45,221 bases of DNA from Octopus sinensis (GCF_006345805.1 NW_021834809.1:1-45221); one strand, 5' to 3'; shown: positions 13,396-25,510, counted from the stretch's first letter. Translations and numbers: made by a program. The notes: generated by a model from the sequence alone, not told the origin.

Positions 13396-13564
13396 GGCGC
13401 AGGAGTGTCTCTGTGGTAAGTAGCCTGCTTACCAACCACATTATTCCGGTTCCAGTCCCACTGCATGGCACCTTGGCAAGTATCTTCTACTATGGCCTCG
13501 GACCGACCAAAGCATTGCGAGTGGATTTGATAGACGGAAACTGAAAGAAGCCCGTCGTATATAC

Positions 13565-13661
<97 letters not shown>

Positions 13662-13880
13662 ATATATGTGTGTGTTTGTGTGTCTATGTTTGTCCCCCGA
13701 ACATCGCTTGACAATCGATGCTGGTGTGGTTACGTCGCCGTAACTTAGCAGTTCGGCAAAAGGAACCGATCGAATAAGTACTAGACTTACGAAGAATAAG
13801 TCCTCGGATCGATTTCTTCGACTAAAAGCGGTGCTCCGGTACGACCGCAGTCAAATGACTGAAACAAGTAAAAGAGTAAT
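13396..13880 (+). mobile_element. SINE family B, full length, with expanded internal TA/TG tract
   Basis: Complete head to GAAACAAGTAAAAGAGTAA tail. Confidence 0.92.
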
Positions 13881-15526
13881 ACTTTCAAAGCGTTAACCTG
13901 AACTTAACTATTCTCTTTATGGGAAGGCGTATATATGACGGCTTTGGGCAAAACAAAATAAAATTCTGGCTAAGAAACTGGTAGACTGTCAGAATACATT
14001 GTTAACACTTAATAAAACACCGGAAAATCGAAATCTCACACTTGAAATTTTGATCAATGATTCGGACTTAGCTCTCATAATTCATTCAATCAATAGATAT
14101 GAAGTTTATCGTGATGACATTTGTAGTGTAATGCCATAGAGAATTTAATAGTATGGCAAGTCCACTTTGAAACTAACCTACTCAAAATGATATGTCCCTA
14201 AATAATTATGAAGTCTATAGATAGTTATGTTTTGTTTAAAGAGTGACATAATATATTCATCGCTACAAGTATTTTTTATTATAGCAACTATTGTCCTAGG
14301 TGCTAGAGTGCATGCACTATTTTCAGCTAGTTGACAAGAAATCAATATCAACTATAAAGGATGCAAAAGCATCGACAATAGAGCGAAATTCTTTAAATTA
14401 ATTTATTTCGTATTCCATTAGTAGTAAATCTGTCATATTTATTGAAGAAGGTTTCTAAAGTTAATTCGACATTTTGTTTGTAATTTGACATATGTCGGTA
14501 GTTTGCGTTGCGGAAATTCAGTCAGCTGAATGTTGTTATATGTCAGTTACTGCCTACATATGGATAGAATCGGTAAATATTCTATGGGCTTCGCATTCAT
14601 TTTAGAGATATGCTCAGTGATTGAGAATGTGCCTCTATCTATTGATGTGCATCGCCGTTGTGTTTGTTTTAACTGCAAGCAATAATATAATGCACGACAT
14701 AGCATACATGAGAATTGTTTTGATATTTGAAAATCACACGATTATATAAAGAATAGATTTACGGTTTCTTAGGTAAATTAAAAAGAAACATTATATTAAG
14801 ACCGTCTATGGCCGACGTAGATCGCGTTCCAAATTCATTACAAGGTCGTTAGGAGCTTTCAGAAGTTATTCATACATATTTCCCACGTGTGGTGCAATAA
14901 GTTATATTTAATATTATTTTCATGCTACTCTGCGCGAAGCATTCGCCTTGAGGATACACAAATCACATATGATAAGGTTGCATAAATCTAAAATTGTGTT
15001 ATAAAATTGGATATTTTAGGAAATGATAGAATACGTAGGACTGTAGGCAATTCTACATTGTCAGTCAGAAATTATGGAATATAAGGAATATATTAAATAG
15101 AATTAAAGAGTATTTTGGTGTACGAAAGTTCAAGACATCAATAATAAAGTTTATGCTATTAAAAATATTGGAGTATCGTTACAACCTCTTAGCAATATCA
15201 ATTACCAAATAGAAGTACGTGATATGTATGGGGAGAACTGTAAATTATAATGAAAAGTAAAGTACTAGACCTCTGAAAGTGAATCAGCTAAAGAAAACTT
15301 ACAAATCATATATACCAGAATTTTTTATACACACTAACAGATTACATAAATTTAATATCTAATCGAATACATTTGTACTTTGTTCTGAAATTTACTTCCC
15401 TTTGTTTGTGGTGACCTGTAAAATTCATTGATTCTTAATGTATTATTCTAAACCACTTTGCATATCAACACTTCCGGGTACCATTTTTAGGAGTGTTTCT
15501 AGTCTTTTACCTTCTTCAAAATAACA

Positions 15527-15910
15527 GGAGGCGCAATGGCCCAGTGGTTAGGGCAGCGGACTCGCGGTCATAAGATCGCGGTTTCGATTCCCAGACCGGG
15601 CGTTGTGAGTGTTTATTGAGCGAAAACACCTAAAAGCTCCACGAGGCTCCGGCAGAGGATGGTGATGATCCCTGTTGTACTCTTTCACCACAACATTCTC
15701 TCACTCTTACTTCCTGTTTCTATTGTACCTGTATTTCAAGGGGTCGGCCTTGTCACTCTCTCTGTCACGCTGAATATCCCCGAGATCTACGTTAAGGGTG
15801 CACGTGTATGTGGAGTGCTCAGCCACTTATACGCTAATTTCACGAGCAGGCTGTTCCGTTGATTCGGATCAACCGGAACCGTCATCGTCGTAACCGACGG
15901 AGTGCTTCCA
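15527..15910 (+). mobile_element. tRNA-derived SINE, head 1 + tail A, with 11-bp TSD
   Basis: Full element flanked by the direct repeat TCAAAATAACA (15516-15526 and 15911-15921), as expected from target-primed reverse transcription. Confidence 0.93.
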
Positions 15911-16200
15911 TCAAAATAACACTTGAAGTTGCCAATACAGAAATAGCTGTCTGTTTTTCTATAGTATTTCTATCTTCGTCCGATCAGCTGTAACATGTTA
16001 AATGAGTTTACTTCTTTAAAAATACGAGAGAGCAGAAGTACGACTGGAATACATTGTGTTTTACTAGCTTGTTTCAACTAAATAATCTCTCACACATCCG
16101 TATTATTTGAAGCCACGTTAAAGTCATTAATATTTCTAGCGTTTTCATGCGAAAAACATTGTCAAAAATCTTCTGAAAATTATTCTACGCTTTAGATGAA

Positions 16201-16257
16201 GAAGTTATATTCACCAACACTCTGCAACGGAACATGCCTGGTGGTAAAGACGATGAT
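16201..16257 (+). mobile_element. 57-bp Helitron helicase fragment (PTLCNGT.LVVK motif)
   Basis: 49/57 identical to the reverse complement of 17913-17969, counted by eye. Confidence 0.75.
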
Positions 16258-16533
16258 CATCTGTCTCTTATTCCCTTATGGAAAAGATGTTTTTCCCCCA
16301 GATGTTTGTTGTCGCCGGTGATATTAATCACTTAAGGTATTATAGTTGGAAAAGAAACTGTCTTTTACAGTTTTTTAGTCTTGTTGTCTCTTTTATTGGA
16401 GATCACAATAGCTTCTCCACTTAATCTTGCATTGTCTCCGGCTCATTACCCTCTCAGCATTTTTGAGGACTTGTTAATTATGGACATGTTTGGGATTTTA
16501 TCATGATATGACATTGCCTGTGATTAAAATGGC

Positions 16534-16538
<5 letters not shown>

Positions 16539-16620
<82 letters not shown>
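16539..16620. repeat. (TA)n microsatellite
   Basis: Direct reading. Confidence 0.95.
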
Positions 16621-16623
<3 letters not shown>

Positions 16624-16677
16624 AAAAAATAAGTTTGAAAACGCCACTATATTAGATAACTTTTAATTTTCTTATGA

Positions 16678-16722
16678 ATTTTACATGTTTCGGTTCCTGA
16701 AAAAACGAACCTTATCAAAAAT
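16678..16722 (-). ncRNA. minimal type-I hammerhead-ribozyme-like motif (U3-A8 variant), probably a Penelope-like pLTR remnant
   Basis: Minus strand reads ATTT-UUGAUAA-GGUUC(guuuuuucag)GAACC-GAAA-CAUG-UA/AAAU. Stem I 4 bp, stem II 5 bp closed by G10.1-C11.1, palindromic stem III ACAUGU, GUA cleavage triplet; about 60 nt from a (TA)n tract. Confidence 0.62.
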
Positions 16723-17451
16723 ATTATAAAAAGTGCAATAGAAAAGTTCATAAACGTTTCTTACTGTTCTCAATAGAATCCATGTGGTGGTGTTTTGTCG
16801 GTAGTTGGTATAATCGCTATATTACTGTTGAGTGTAGTGAAGAAGTCCATTATTGTTTCTTGTTGGTATCAAAAGGAACCGCTTTTTTGTTACCTTGTGT
16901 TCCAATGGTAGCAACAGTATATATATATATATTATAGTTGTGTTGAAACATGTGATGCGGGAAAATGCAGCATTGACGATAAAATATTTGTGGAGTAAAT
17001 GATGGACTAATTCGACTAAGCGACATGTTATACGTCTGTTTGGAGGATTCCATGTACTAATCTGCCATGGAACATTTGGGTGGGATGTATGTGATTTTTG
17101 AACGTTCTGAAAAGCTCTCTGTGGTTATACTCTGCCTTGCGGCGGACGGTGCTTTGTCTAACACGAGCCATTCGATGGTTGACAGTCAAATGAATGTAAG
17201 TGTAATGGAGATATTGTACGTCAATGGTTACATTCCGAAAAGGGACTGCAATGGGAGACGGCAAAGTCAACTGTCGAAATGTTGCAGAAGGCGAAGGGTT
17301 GACAATGGATTTCTGGTGAAGCTGTAGAATAAGAACATAAACTGAGCCTATGAAGTCACATGAGAATATGGAGTAATGAATTACTTGAAAAGATAAAGTG
17401 CAGTGGTTTACCGCGTGGTTGGTGGGAGTAATAGGAGTTTATGTCTTGATA

Positions 17452-17575
17452 CATAAGTCCATGGAGGAAACTGCTTTGTTGGTGCAGTCTTCGTGTTTGC
17501 TGGTTTTATGCCGAAAAGGCATCCATCACCACCATTCACAAAGAGCAGTGGATACTATAACGCATCGTAGGATGT
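17452..17575 (-). mobile_element. Helitron segment from upstream of the Rep domain (SYDAL*YPLLF..GDG...KAVSSMD)
   Basis: The manual translation, with one stop and one frameshift, matches the conserved Helitron motif SYDALQYPLLF..GEDGY...KKVSAMDFY. Confidence 0.75.
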
Positions 17576-17584
17576 AGTAATTCC

Positions 17585-18300
17585 TAAAAAAACCTCTTCG
17601 TAAACAATATTCTTTGTTTTCCCTTGTGGAACAAATGCAAATAGATTTTTTGAGAGAGTTTCCACTCTAGAGCAGCCAACATTTAATTGCTCGTAGAAGA
17701 AGCATGGCTCTTCCAAGTGAAGTTCTACTACAGACAGTGTTTGACCCTGGGATTTATTGGTAGAGGTTGCGAAGCTGATACGAATGGGAAATTGCACTCT
17801 TCTGAATGAAGAAGGTATTTCTGCTCCTCATGGTATGAGAGGAATTCTGGGTATGAAAATATCCTCTCCTTATCGTCAACCAGAGAGAATGGTGGCCTCA
17901 TTAACTTGTGGCATCATCTTCTTTACCACCAGGTGTGTCCCATTGCAGAGTGTTGGTGGATCTAAGTTCCTAATCAACATTACTGGAATTCCCGGTTTAA
18001 GTTCCAGTCTGTTGGGTGGTAGTCCTGCAGGCTCCAATGAATTGAGAAATTATGTTGGATGATTTAGCACCTCTTCTGGATCTGAGATTGTATCAACTGA
18101 TTTACAGATGTCAGGACTTCCAGAAATGAATGCAGCAGTTGCTCATTACTTTTACTTATAGTGCTGTCTCTTGGAGCCAGTATTGCTCTTTCATACATCC
18201 AAATGAGATTGTGACACTTTTTTGACCAATGGATGTATGAGACAATCAGTTTCTGAAAGCTTCTTCGCAAAGAGTTATCTTCTTTCTCCACGTTACACAG
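17585..18300 (-). pseudogene. Helitron RepHel PIF1-helicase C-terminal half, decayed
   Basis: Translates to YERAILAP...SVDTISDPEEVLNHPT*FLNSLEPAGLPPNRLELKPGIPVMLIRNLDPPTLCNGT...IPRIPLIP*...QFPIRISFATSTNKSQGQTL...VGCSRV...GKTKNIVY, covering PIF1 motifs IV-VI of Helitrons, with stops and frameshifts. Confidence 0.95.
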
Positions 18301-18469
18301 GAAATGGAGTTTTCTGCTCCTAGAGGGCCCGTTACTCAATATGTGAAGAAATTTGAGAGTTTAAAACCATCTCTGGAACATAAGTAATATATATACTCAG
18401 TTTAGAGAAAATCAGTTGCGAAATCCAGAATTTATGCGGGTTTACACAGAAGCACAACCTCACATATAT

Positions 18470-18567
18470 ACGTGTGTGTGTGTGTATGTATATATATATA
18501 CATATAGATATATAGATATATAGATAAATCTATAGATAGATAGATCGATAGATAGACAGACAGACAT

Positions 18568-18617
<50 letters not shown>

Positions 18618-18625
18618 GATAGAGA

Positions 18626-18702
<77 letters not shown>
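18470..18702. repeat. compound GT/ATAG/TA microsatellite
   Basis: Direct reading. Confidence 0.93.
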
Positions 18703-19997
18703 GTCTTGCTTCTCTTCTTGTTGCTCCATTTCCATGGTATCGATATATAGTGTTTCATTCATTTAAACCAGCTTATATTGCTGATTGCGTCTATTTCCAT
18801 CGTCTTCACCGGCCAGATGTGTTTCGTTAATCGTTGTTGATGTTCCATCATTAAATTTTATCCTTAACGTATTCCTTATTTGATCTATTAGAAGACCAAT
18901 TATTTATGTTTTAATTCTTTGATCTATTGAAAGAGCTATTATTAATTTTTTATTCTTTGCTAATTTATACTCGTGTTTCTCATTTATACTTTTAGAAAAT
19001 CTTATACTTTCATCTTCTACCGATAATTCTTTCTCGTTTTTCTTTTTCCGGATTTTGTTGGTCATCACTCTTAAGATATCCTAAGATTCGATTGTAGTGC
19101 AACTTTAAAATATTTTCCTTTTCTCAGACGTGTTGACCCTATTTTTTTTATTTTTTTTATTTTAGTCCCCAATGTTTTCTTAAAGGTAGTGTGCTGCTTA
19201 GTGTACATAACATATTGTCATTATTTCTGTTTTAAGTGTTATATTTCGATTTCTGCCAACGTTCCTTTTTGAGAATATAACACGTATTCTGTTATAAATT
19301 CTATTCCATAATGTTTATAATTTTCTTTACTGTTTATACGATTTTGTAACAATATTTCATTTTGGTGGATAATTTGTTGTCATAACATTTATATATAGAT
19401 GAGTGATGCATTCCTTTCAAATCCATTTAGGCCTATTCTCTTTCTTTTGTTCTTTCTTTCCTTGAGGAGTAAAAGTTAATTGCTTATTGAAGTTGTCAAA
19501 AATTTCCTTCAGATAACGGTGTATTCGTTAATGTTGATATCGAGTTATGTACATTATGGTTTTGGCATATTTTATATGCCAGATCCCGCAAACACGCTCT
19601 CATATTAACGTTGGGCTGAAAGACAGTTTTTTTTGTGTTTTTTACATTTGTGTTGTCTGTCATTTACTGGTGGAGAATGGAACTAATGTGAAGTTGATAT
19701 GAAACATTCCTCGAGTGTTAATTTACACGTAGCATTGAATCACTGGCGAATATGAACACGCGTATTACATTAATTATACAGAATAATGCTCAATAAATAT
19801 TGCAAGCATTCCTTATACAATTACCTATCAACGCTTTCTTCTTTGGATTAGATTCATTAACTATTCTTATTCCATAATCTACGGCGCTGTCAAGCAGCGC
19901 TCTCTTATGCTAATCGTACAAGATGTTCTCTTGTTAAACAACCCCAGTGATCAATTGTTGAGTATACTGTGTTGTATTCTTAAAGCAATCTTGTAAT

Positions 19998-19998
19998 T

Positions 19999-20029
<31 letters not shown>

Positions 20030-20034
20030 CCACC

Positions 20035-20106
<72 letters not shown>

Positions 20107-20135
20107 TCATCATCATCATCATCATCATCATCATC
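19998..20135. repeat. (CAT)n/(CAC)n trinucleotide tract
   Basis: Direct reading. Confidence 0.95.
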
Positions 20136-20861
20136 GGCATCACCATCATCCCTCATTGATGTTATTATCATTCAGTTTCTGAAAATGTACAGATGCAGAT
20201 GACAAAATGGAGTGTGGGCGAAAGTTATGGGAAATTTCCAACACTACGTTTGATATTTTATTATTTGTGATTGAACATCATTTCATGATCGACTTTTATC
20301 TTTACGAGGATTATGAAGTAAGTAGAAGAAATACCGCCTTTTTTGCTTTCTATCGCCGTTACTCTAACGTTCCAAAAGTGTTTGGCATATTGCATGGCGT
20401 ATTCTTCGAAATATCTTGGAATTCACTGGAAATAAAACTCTCAAGAGGGAAAATAAATTATGAAAATGGTAAACATAAATAAGAAGAACTACTTCAAGAT
20501 TGATATTATTGGATGCAAATTATTCCCAATGGTTTACAAAGAATAAATCATTTTACATTTACTACACCAGGAATATTTTTACATATGAGGCGTGAGTTGA
20601 TTCAAGATAAATAAAATAAATAATTAATGCGAAATAGAAACAATATATTCAAATTTATGTAAGTGGAAAAATATTCGATTAAAATTTGAAAACTTGATGC
20701 AGAATTGTTGTTAGTTTTCTTTTTCTTGGGTATATAATTGCTGACAAAAGAAAATTGGTTAATGGGGGTAGAGAGAAGGGAATAACAAGGCTGGATGAGA
20801 TTAGAATAGAATATATAGAAGATATGCGAGAGAAATCACGAGAGAAACACATGCATTTATG

Positions 20862-20929
20862 ATATGTATCTATATATGGATATATATACATATAAATATG
20901 GATATATGTATATATGTATGTATATATGG

Positions 20930-20964
<35 letters not shown>

Positions 20965-21090
20965 ATATACATGCACACAAACATGCATACATATATGTGT
21001 ATATGTATATATATTTATGTATATATCCATATATAAATATATACATATATCCATATTTATATGTATATATATCCATATATAGATACATAT
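20862..21090. repeat. perfect 54-bp inverted repeat with 121-bp spacer in TA-rich DNA
   Basis: 20862-20915 is the exact reverse complement of 21037-21090, including the non-TA landmarks GTATC, GGAT, CAT and AAAT. Confidence 0.85.
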
Positions 21091-21110
21091 ATCCTTATGA
21101 GATATATATA

Positions 21111-21151
<41 letters not shown>

Positions 21152-22345
21152 ATATATATGTATATATATATATCAGGGATAAAGAAAAGAAAAGTATCTA
21201 TCGTGATAGCCACCATGACAGACCGAGTGTGACAGTGTTAAATTGTACTAGAAAAAAGAAATAATAAGATTATCACGTTTGTAATTAAACATCTATCAGA
21301 CAACACTATCAAATCCCAACTTGCAAAATAATGAAATAAATTCCTTCACAGAAATATAGCATTGAAGAATTCCCTGATTCTTTTACATATTTCACACACT
21401 ACCGAATTCTCTCATGTTAAAGCTTGGTTATTTTTTGTTTTAAATCTAGTAATCTCACATTCTCCAGTTGGATTATTCTAATATATTTTTACTGTTCAAT
21501 GTGAGAAAGTTCTTTTTATAGCCAACAATTGACGCTTACCTTTTTCTTCTTTTTTCCTTTCACAGTGAATCAATGATTCGCATCTTTATATTTATTCTTC
21601 AATAAAAAATCATTTGCTTTTATATAATACTTTATCTCTATTTACATAGTTATTTAGTGTTTCAGCACGGTCGCTTGAATTCCAGATAAAATTATTTGCC
21701 GTATATCCTTAGGTCCTGTGTTCATACCCCGCCTGGATCAACTTTCTCTTAAATTCCTATCCTTTCTAGGAGAAGAAAGGACCAACGAATAATTGGAGAT
21801 TATCCATCGACTAACCATCTCCCTTCAAAATTGCTTGTTTTGTGCAAAATTATATATGGCAATGACCTGGCAAATACGCCCACGTTCTCTTTGCTTTCAT
21901 CTTTCTTCCTAGAATCCGTAAAAGTCACTGCACAGCTATTATTCCCAAAGAACCCTAACCACTACTAGCAATGATGCCGACACACTGACACAATGCTTTA
22001 GAATCTGGTACCTCTCATAATTCGATTTATCAGAGCAGAACATCAAATTTCCACTGGATATTCCATTGTCATTTTTGGCAGTGTTTCTTTACTCCTTTAC
22101 CTTATCATTCCTTAAATAGCTTTTCATCCGGTGAAATGTGTGTTTGTGTGTGTATTTTATATATAGTTGCATGTAGAGTGATAAATCAAATGTCCACAAT
22201 AGAGATTATCTACAAGAGTGTAGCTAATGCTACACAAGGGCATCTCAGACCATGTTCAAGAACGAGAACTCGACTATTTGACATAAAATCACCTAAACAC
22301 ACACACGATCGCTCCAGCCTTTACCGCACAGACGCTTTTCCCTCT

Positions 22346-22534
22346 CATTTCGTCTACCGCTACGTTCTGAGTTCAAATTCCGCCGAGGTCGACTATGCCT
22401 TCCATCCTTTCGGGGTCGATTAAATAAGTACCAGTTACGCACTGGGGTCGATGTAATCGACTTAATCCGTTTGTCCGTCCTTGTTTGTCCCCTCTGTGTT
22501 TAGCCCCTTGTGGGTAGTAAAGAAATAGCTATTT
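22346..22534 (+). mobile_element. SINE family C, 5'-truncated
   Basis: Matches the 10298 copy from ATTTCGTCT onward and ends in the 14-bp palindrome GAAATAGCTATTTC. Confidence 0.9.
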
Positions 22535-23024
22535 CCCTCTCTTTCGACGCATCTTTCTCTATTCCTCCTACTTTCTCGCCCTCTCACTCAACATCTCTTC
22601 GCCTCAACTTTTCTCTCTCTTCCCCCCTCTCTGTTTTTTCTCCACCTGTCATTCGCTCATTCTGCCTATCCCACTCCAAAGGTAATGGTACCGGTTCCTT
22701 GGTGCACACGGGTATCTTACCAAATACTTAAGTCACTCCAAACCCAATCGTTTTACCTCCCCTTCTCACTCATATTAAGCCCAACCCTCAGTTTACACAC
22801 ACTCTACTATTCCTCGAGTGTGTGTATTCTACTATTCCTCGACTCACGGCTTTCTTCCAATATTGATGCTTAAGAGTCTGTTTTCTGGAAAATTGAAGCG
22901 GCTTACTCATTTTGCCCCAGCCTAGTTTGTCTCTTATACGCTCAAAGTGAAAGGCGATAAATTAATAAAATGGGGATCAGGTTTCGTATATATATGCATG
23001 TATGTATGTGTGTATATGTATGTA

Positions 23025-23073
<49 letters not shown>

Positions 23074-23621
23074 ACTGATATGCGTGTATTTGTTGTTGCG
23101 TATGTGATGTTGCTTTTGTAGCACCAATTTATATATTAACTTTGAATAATTGGAGAGTTCGCATATTCTTTCCATTATGATTCTGAAATCGTAGCCTTTT
23201 CTATGCTCTCTTCTGGCCGTTCCTCTTAAATTTTCCGCGTGTGTTTCTTGCATCAGTTGTTATTAGTCATACTGTATTTGTGATATTTCTGTACTGGTAT
23301 GTATTGGGAAGAAGACAATACTCACAAATCAAGGGACCACAAGCAATATTTTTATTTTAGTATTTTATTGGTCGTCATATTTGATGAATGGCGTTGTAGT
23401 TATTTATAATTCATCGTACAAATATTAATGACAAAGTGATTAGTAAAAATACCTTGATTTGTACAATGAGGCGCCTACTTTATAAAGATTTTCTCACATT
23501 GCCAGTTGATTGGTTGATCGCGGCAGATTAGTTCAGATCAGAATCATCCATATCCATCTTATCGCTATTTAGTTCCTCCTCCTCCTCCTTCTCCTCCTCC
23601 ACGTTCTCCTCCTTCTTCGTC

Positions 23622-23745
23622 TTCACGTTCTGAGTGCAAATTCCGCCGATTATGATATTGCCCTTCATCTTTTTGGAGGTTGCCTTTCATCTTTTTGGAG
23701 TCGATAAGTACCAGTTAAATACTCGATGAAGTCGACTTACCCCAT
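23622..23745 (+). mobile_element. decayed SINE family C fragment with an internal ~22-nt duplication
   Basis: ACGTTCTGAGTGCAAATTCCGCCGA...TTGCC(C/T)TTCATCTTTTTGGAG (twice)...ATAAGTACCAGTTA. Confidence 0.7.
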
Positions 23746-23792
23746 TTTCTGAAACGGCTTTAATACCTTTAATAGAAAGGATTTTATTATTG

Positions 23793-23997
23793 TTGTTGTA
23801 TTTAGGAATGGTCATTTTGCCAGTTTTGCCAATAAAGACACAATCACAACATATTTGGTGTTAATTTGCTTCAGCTTTATTTATGTTTTACATTAATCTT
23901 AATCGTATTTCGGCCAGAGTTCTTTCGCTAAACTGGCAAAAATAACTATTCCTAAATACATCTGTTTCAACACACGATTTCACATCAAGAATCTTGC
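23793..23997 (+). mobile_element. Penelope-like pLTR fragment with inverted junction (same family as 37565-37830)
   Basis: 23793-23927 matches 37606-37740. 23928-23997 is an inverted copy of the adjacent part of the same element, and the arms 23795-23827 and 23927-23960 are complementary. Inverted truncated pLTRs are typical of PLEs. Confidence 0.7.
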
Positions 23998-24029
23998 AAA
24001 ACAGATATATAAACGTAATTTTATTATAA

Positions 24030-24052
24030 TTATTATCATTATTATTATTATT

Positions 24053-24141
<89 letters not shown>

Positions 24142-24142
24142 A

Positions 24143-24188
<46 letters not shown>
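24030..24188. repeat. (TAT)n-(CAT)n-(TAT)n trinucleotide tract
   Basis: Direct reading. Confidence 0.95.
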
Positions 24189-24189
<1 letters not shown>

Positions 24190-24223
24190 GGCAGTGAGCT
24201 GGCTTCTACGAGGGTTAGGCGGT

Positions 24224-24385
24224 ATTATTGCCTTTGCACAACTTCTAACGCTGGAGATGTACTACGGTGTCAGCAGTTCACTACCACTGAACTAAGGTAA
24301 CACCTCTTATTTTTTGAGCATCTTCCGGAGTATTCTAGTGGTTCCAAGCAGTACTGTTTTCTGCAAGTACTCCACCCGCTCTCTT
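24224..24385 (-). mobile_element. 3' end of a Dong/R4-clade non-LTR retrotransposon
   Basis: Minus frame ERVEYLQKTVLLGTTRILRKMLKK* matches the R4/Dong C-terminal LQK..LLGTARILRKVL motif; it is followed by a short 3' UTR ending in AATAAT. Confidence 0.8.
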
Positions 24386-24460
24386 AATTAACACCAAATA
24401 TATAGTGCGTGTGTATTTATTGGCAAAACTGGCAAAATGACCATTTCTATATACTACAAC
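24386..24460 (-). mobile_element. third fragment of the 37565-type pLTR family
   Basis: Reverse complement of GGAATGGTCATTTTGCCAGTTTTGCCAATAAA...TATATTTGGTGTTAA. Confidence 0.75.
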
Positions 24461-24504
24461 TATAATAATATCCTTTCTATTAATGGTACACGGCCAGCAG
24501 TTTC

Positions 24505-24510
<6 letters not shown>

Positions 24511-24540
<30 letters not shown>

Positions 24541-24583
24541 CTACCACCACCACCACCACCACCATCGTCATCATCATCATCAT

Positions 24584-24633
<50 letters not shown>

Positions 24634-24761
24634 CCACCACACCACCATCATCATCATCATCATCATCATCACCACCACCGCCATCATCATCATCACCACC
24701 ATCGTCATCGTCATCATCATCATCACCATCATCACTACCACCACCACCACCATCATCATCG

Positions 24762-24832
<71 letters not shown>

Positions 24833-24852
24833 GTCGTCGTCGTCGTCGTCGT
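24511..24852. repeat. (CAT/CAC/CGT)n trinucleotide mosaic
   Basis: Direct reading; poly-H/I/S/M ORF artefacts. Confidence 0.95.
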
Positions 24853-25340
24853 CACTGATATCAGGGGTATTATTGCTTGGGCCTCAGATGCCTGTGCTAT
24901 CAGAATATTAGTAGTTGTAATATTTGTAGTATTAGCAGCTGCAGCATATTATTATTATTATTATTATTTTTATTATTTTCAGCATCACCGCCACTACTAC
25001 TGATATTGTCATTATTACTATTTGCATTCATTATTAAATGGTTTTGGTGAACGTTCTTTATTTTCAACTTTTGGCTTGTACTTGAGATAAACATAAATGT
25101 GTGGTGGCTGAAAGAAATGGTGGTGGAGGAGCAGCAGCTTCCCCACCCCCATTCAATTCTACAGGTCTATAAATAGATTCGGTATTTGGTGGGGAGTTCA
25201 GCCATAGAGACAAAAGAATCTTCGCAACCTTTGGGTCAAATGCGTTTACTACTGCCAGTGACCACTGGGAGCGCTGAACTTGCCCTTGAGAAGAAGTAAT
25301 TCAACCTGTTCTATTTGTCATTACTGGTAGAGAAAACAAT

Positions 25341-25420
<80 letters not shown>

Positions 25421-25510
25421 CATTTATTTATTTATTTATTTATTTATACTGATATTCACATTCACGTCTTTGAATTTTTGCTATTATTAATATTATCATT
25501 ATTATTATTA

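Noticed and set aside
18760-19560. A-rich minus-strand region possibly from a Penelope/LINE N-terminal ORF
   Set aside because: No diagnostic motif recognised with confidence.
20207-20482. ORF with NVPKVFGILHG, loosely like the Harbinger/HARBI1 FP.V.GAIDG motif
   Set aside because: The catalytic Asp is absent, and I see no further motifs or TIRs; it needs an HMM search before any call.
23310-23560. Minus-strand splice-donor-like sites (TT|GTGAGT, AAG|GTATTT) suggesting small host exons
   Set aside because: No supported acceptor, reading frame or homology; such motifs are common by chance.
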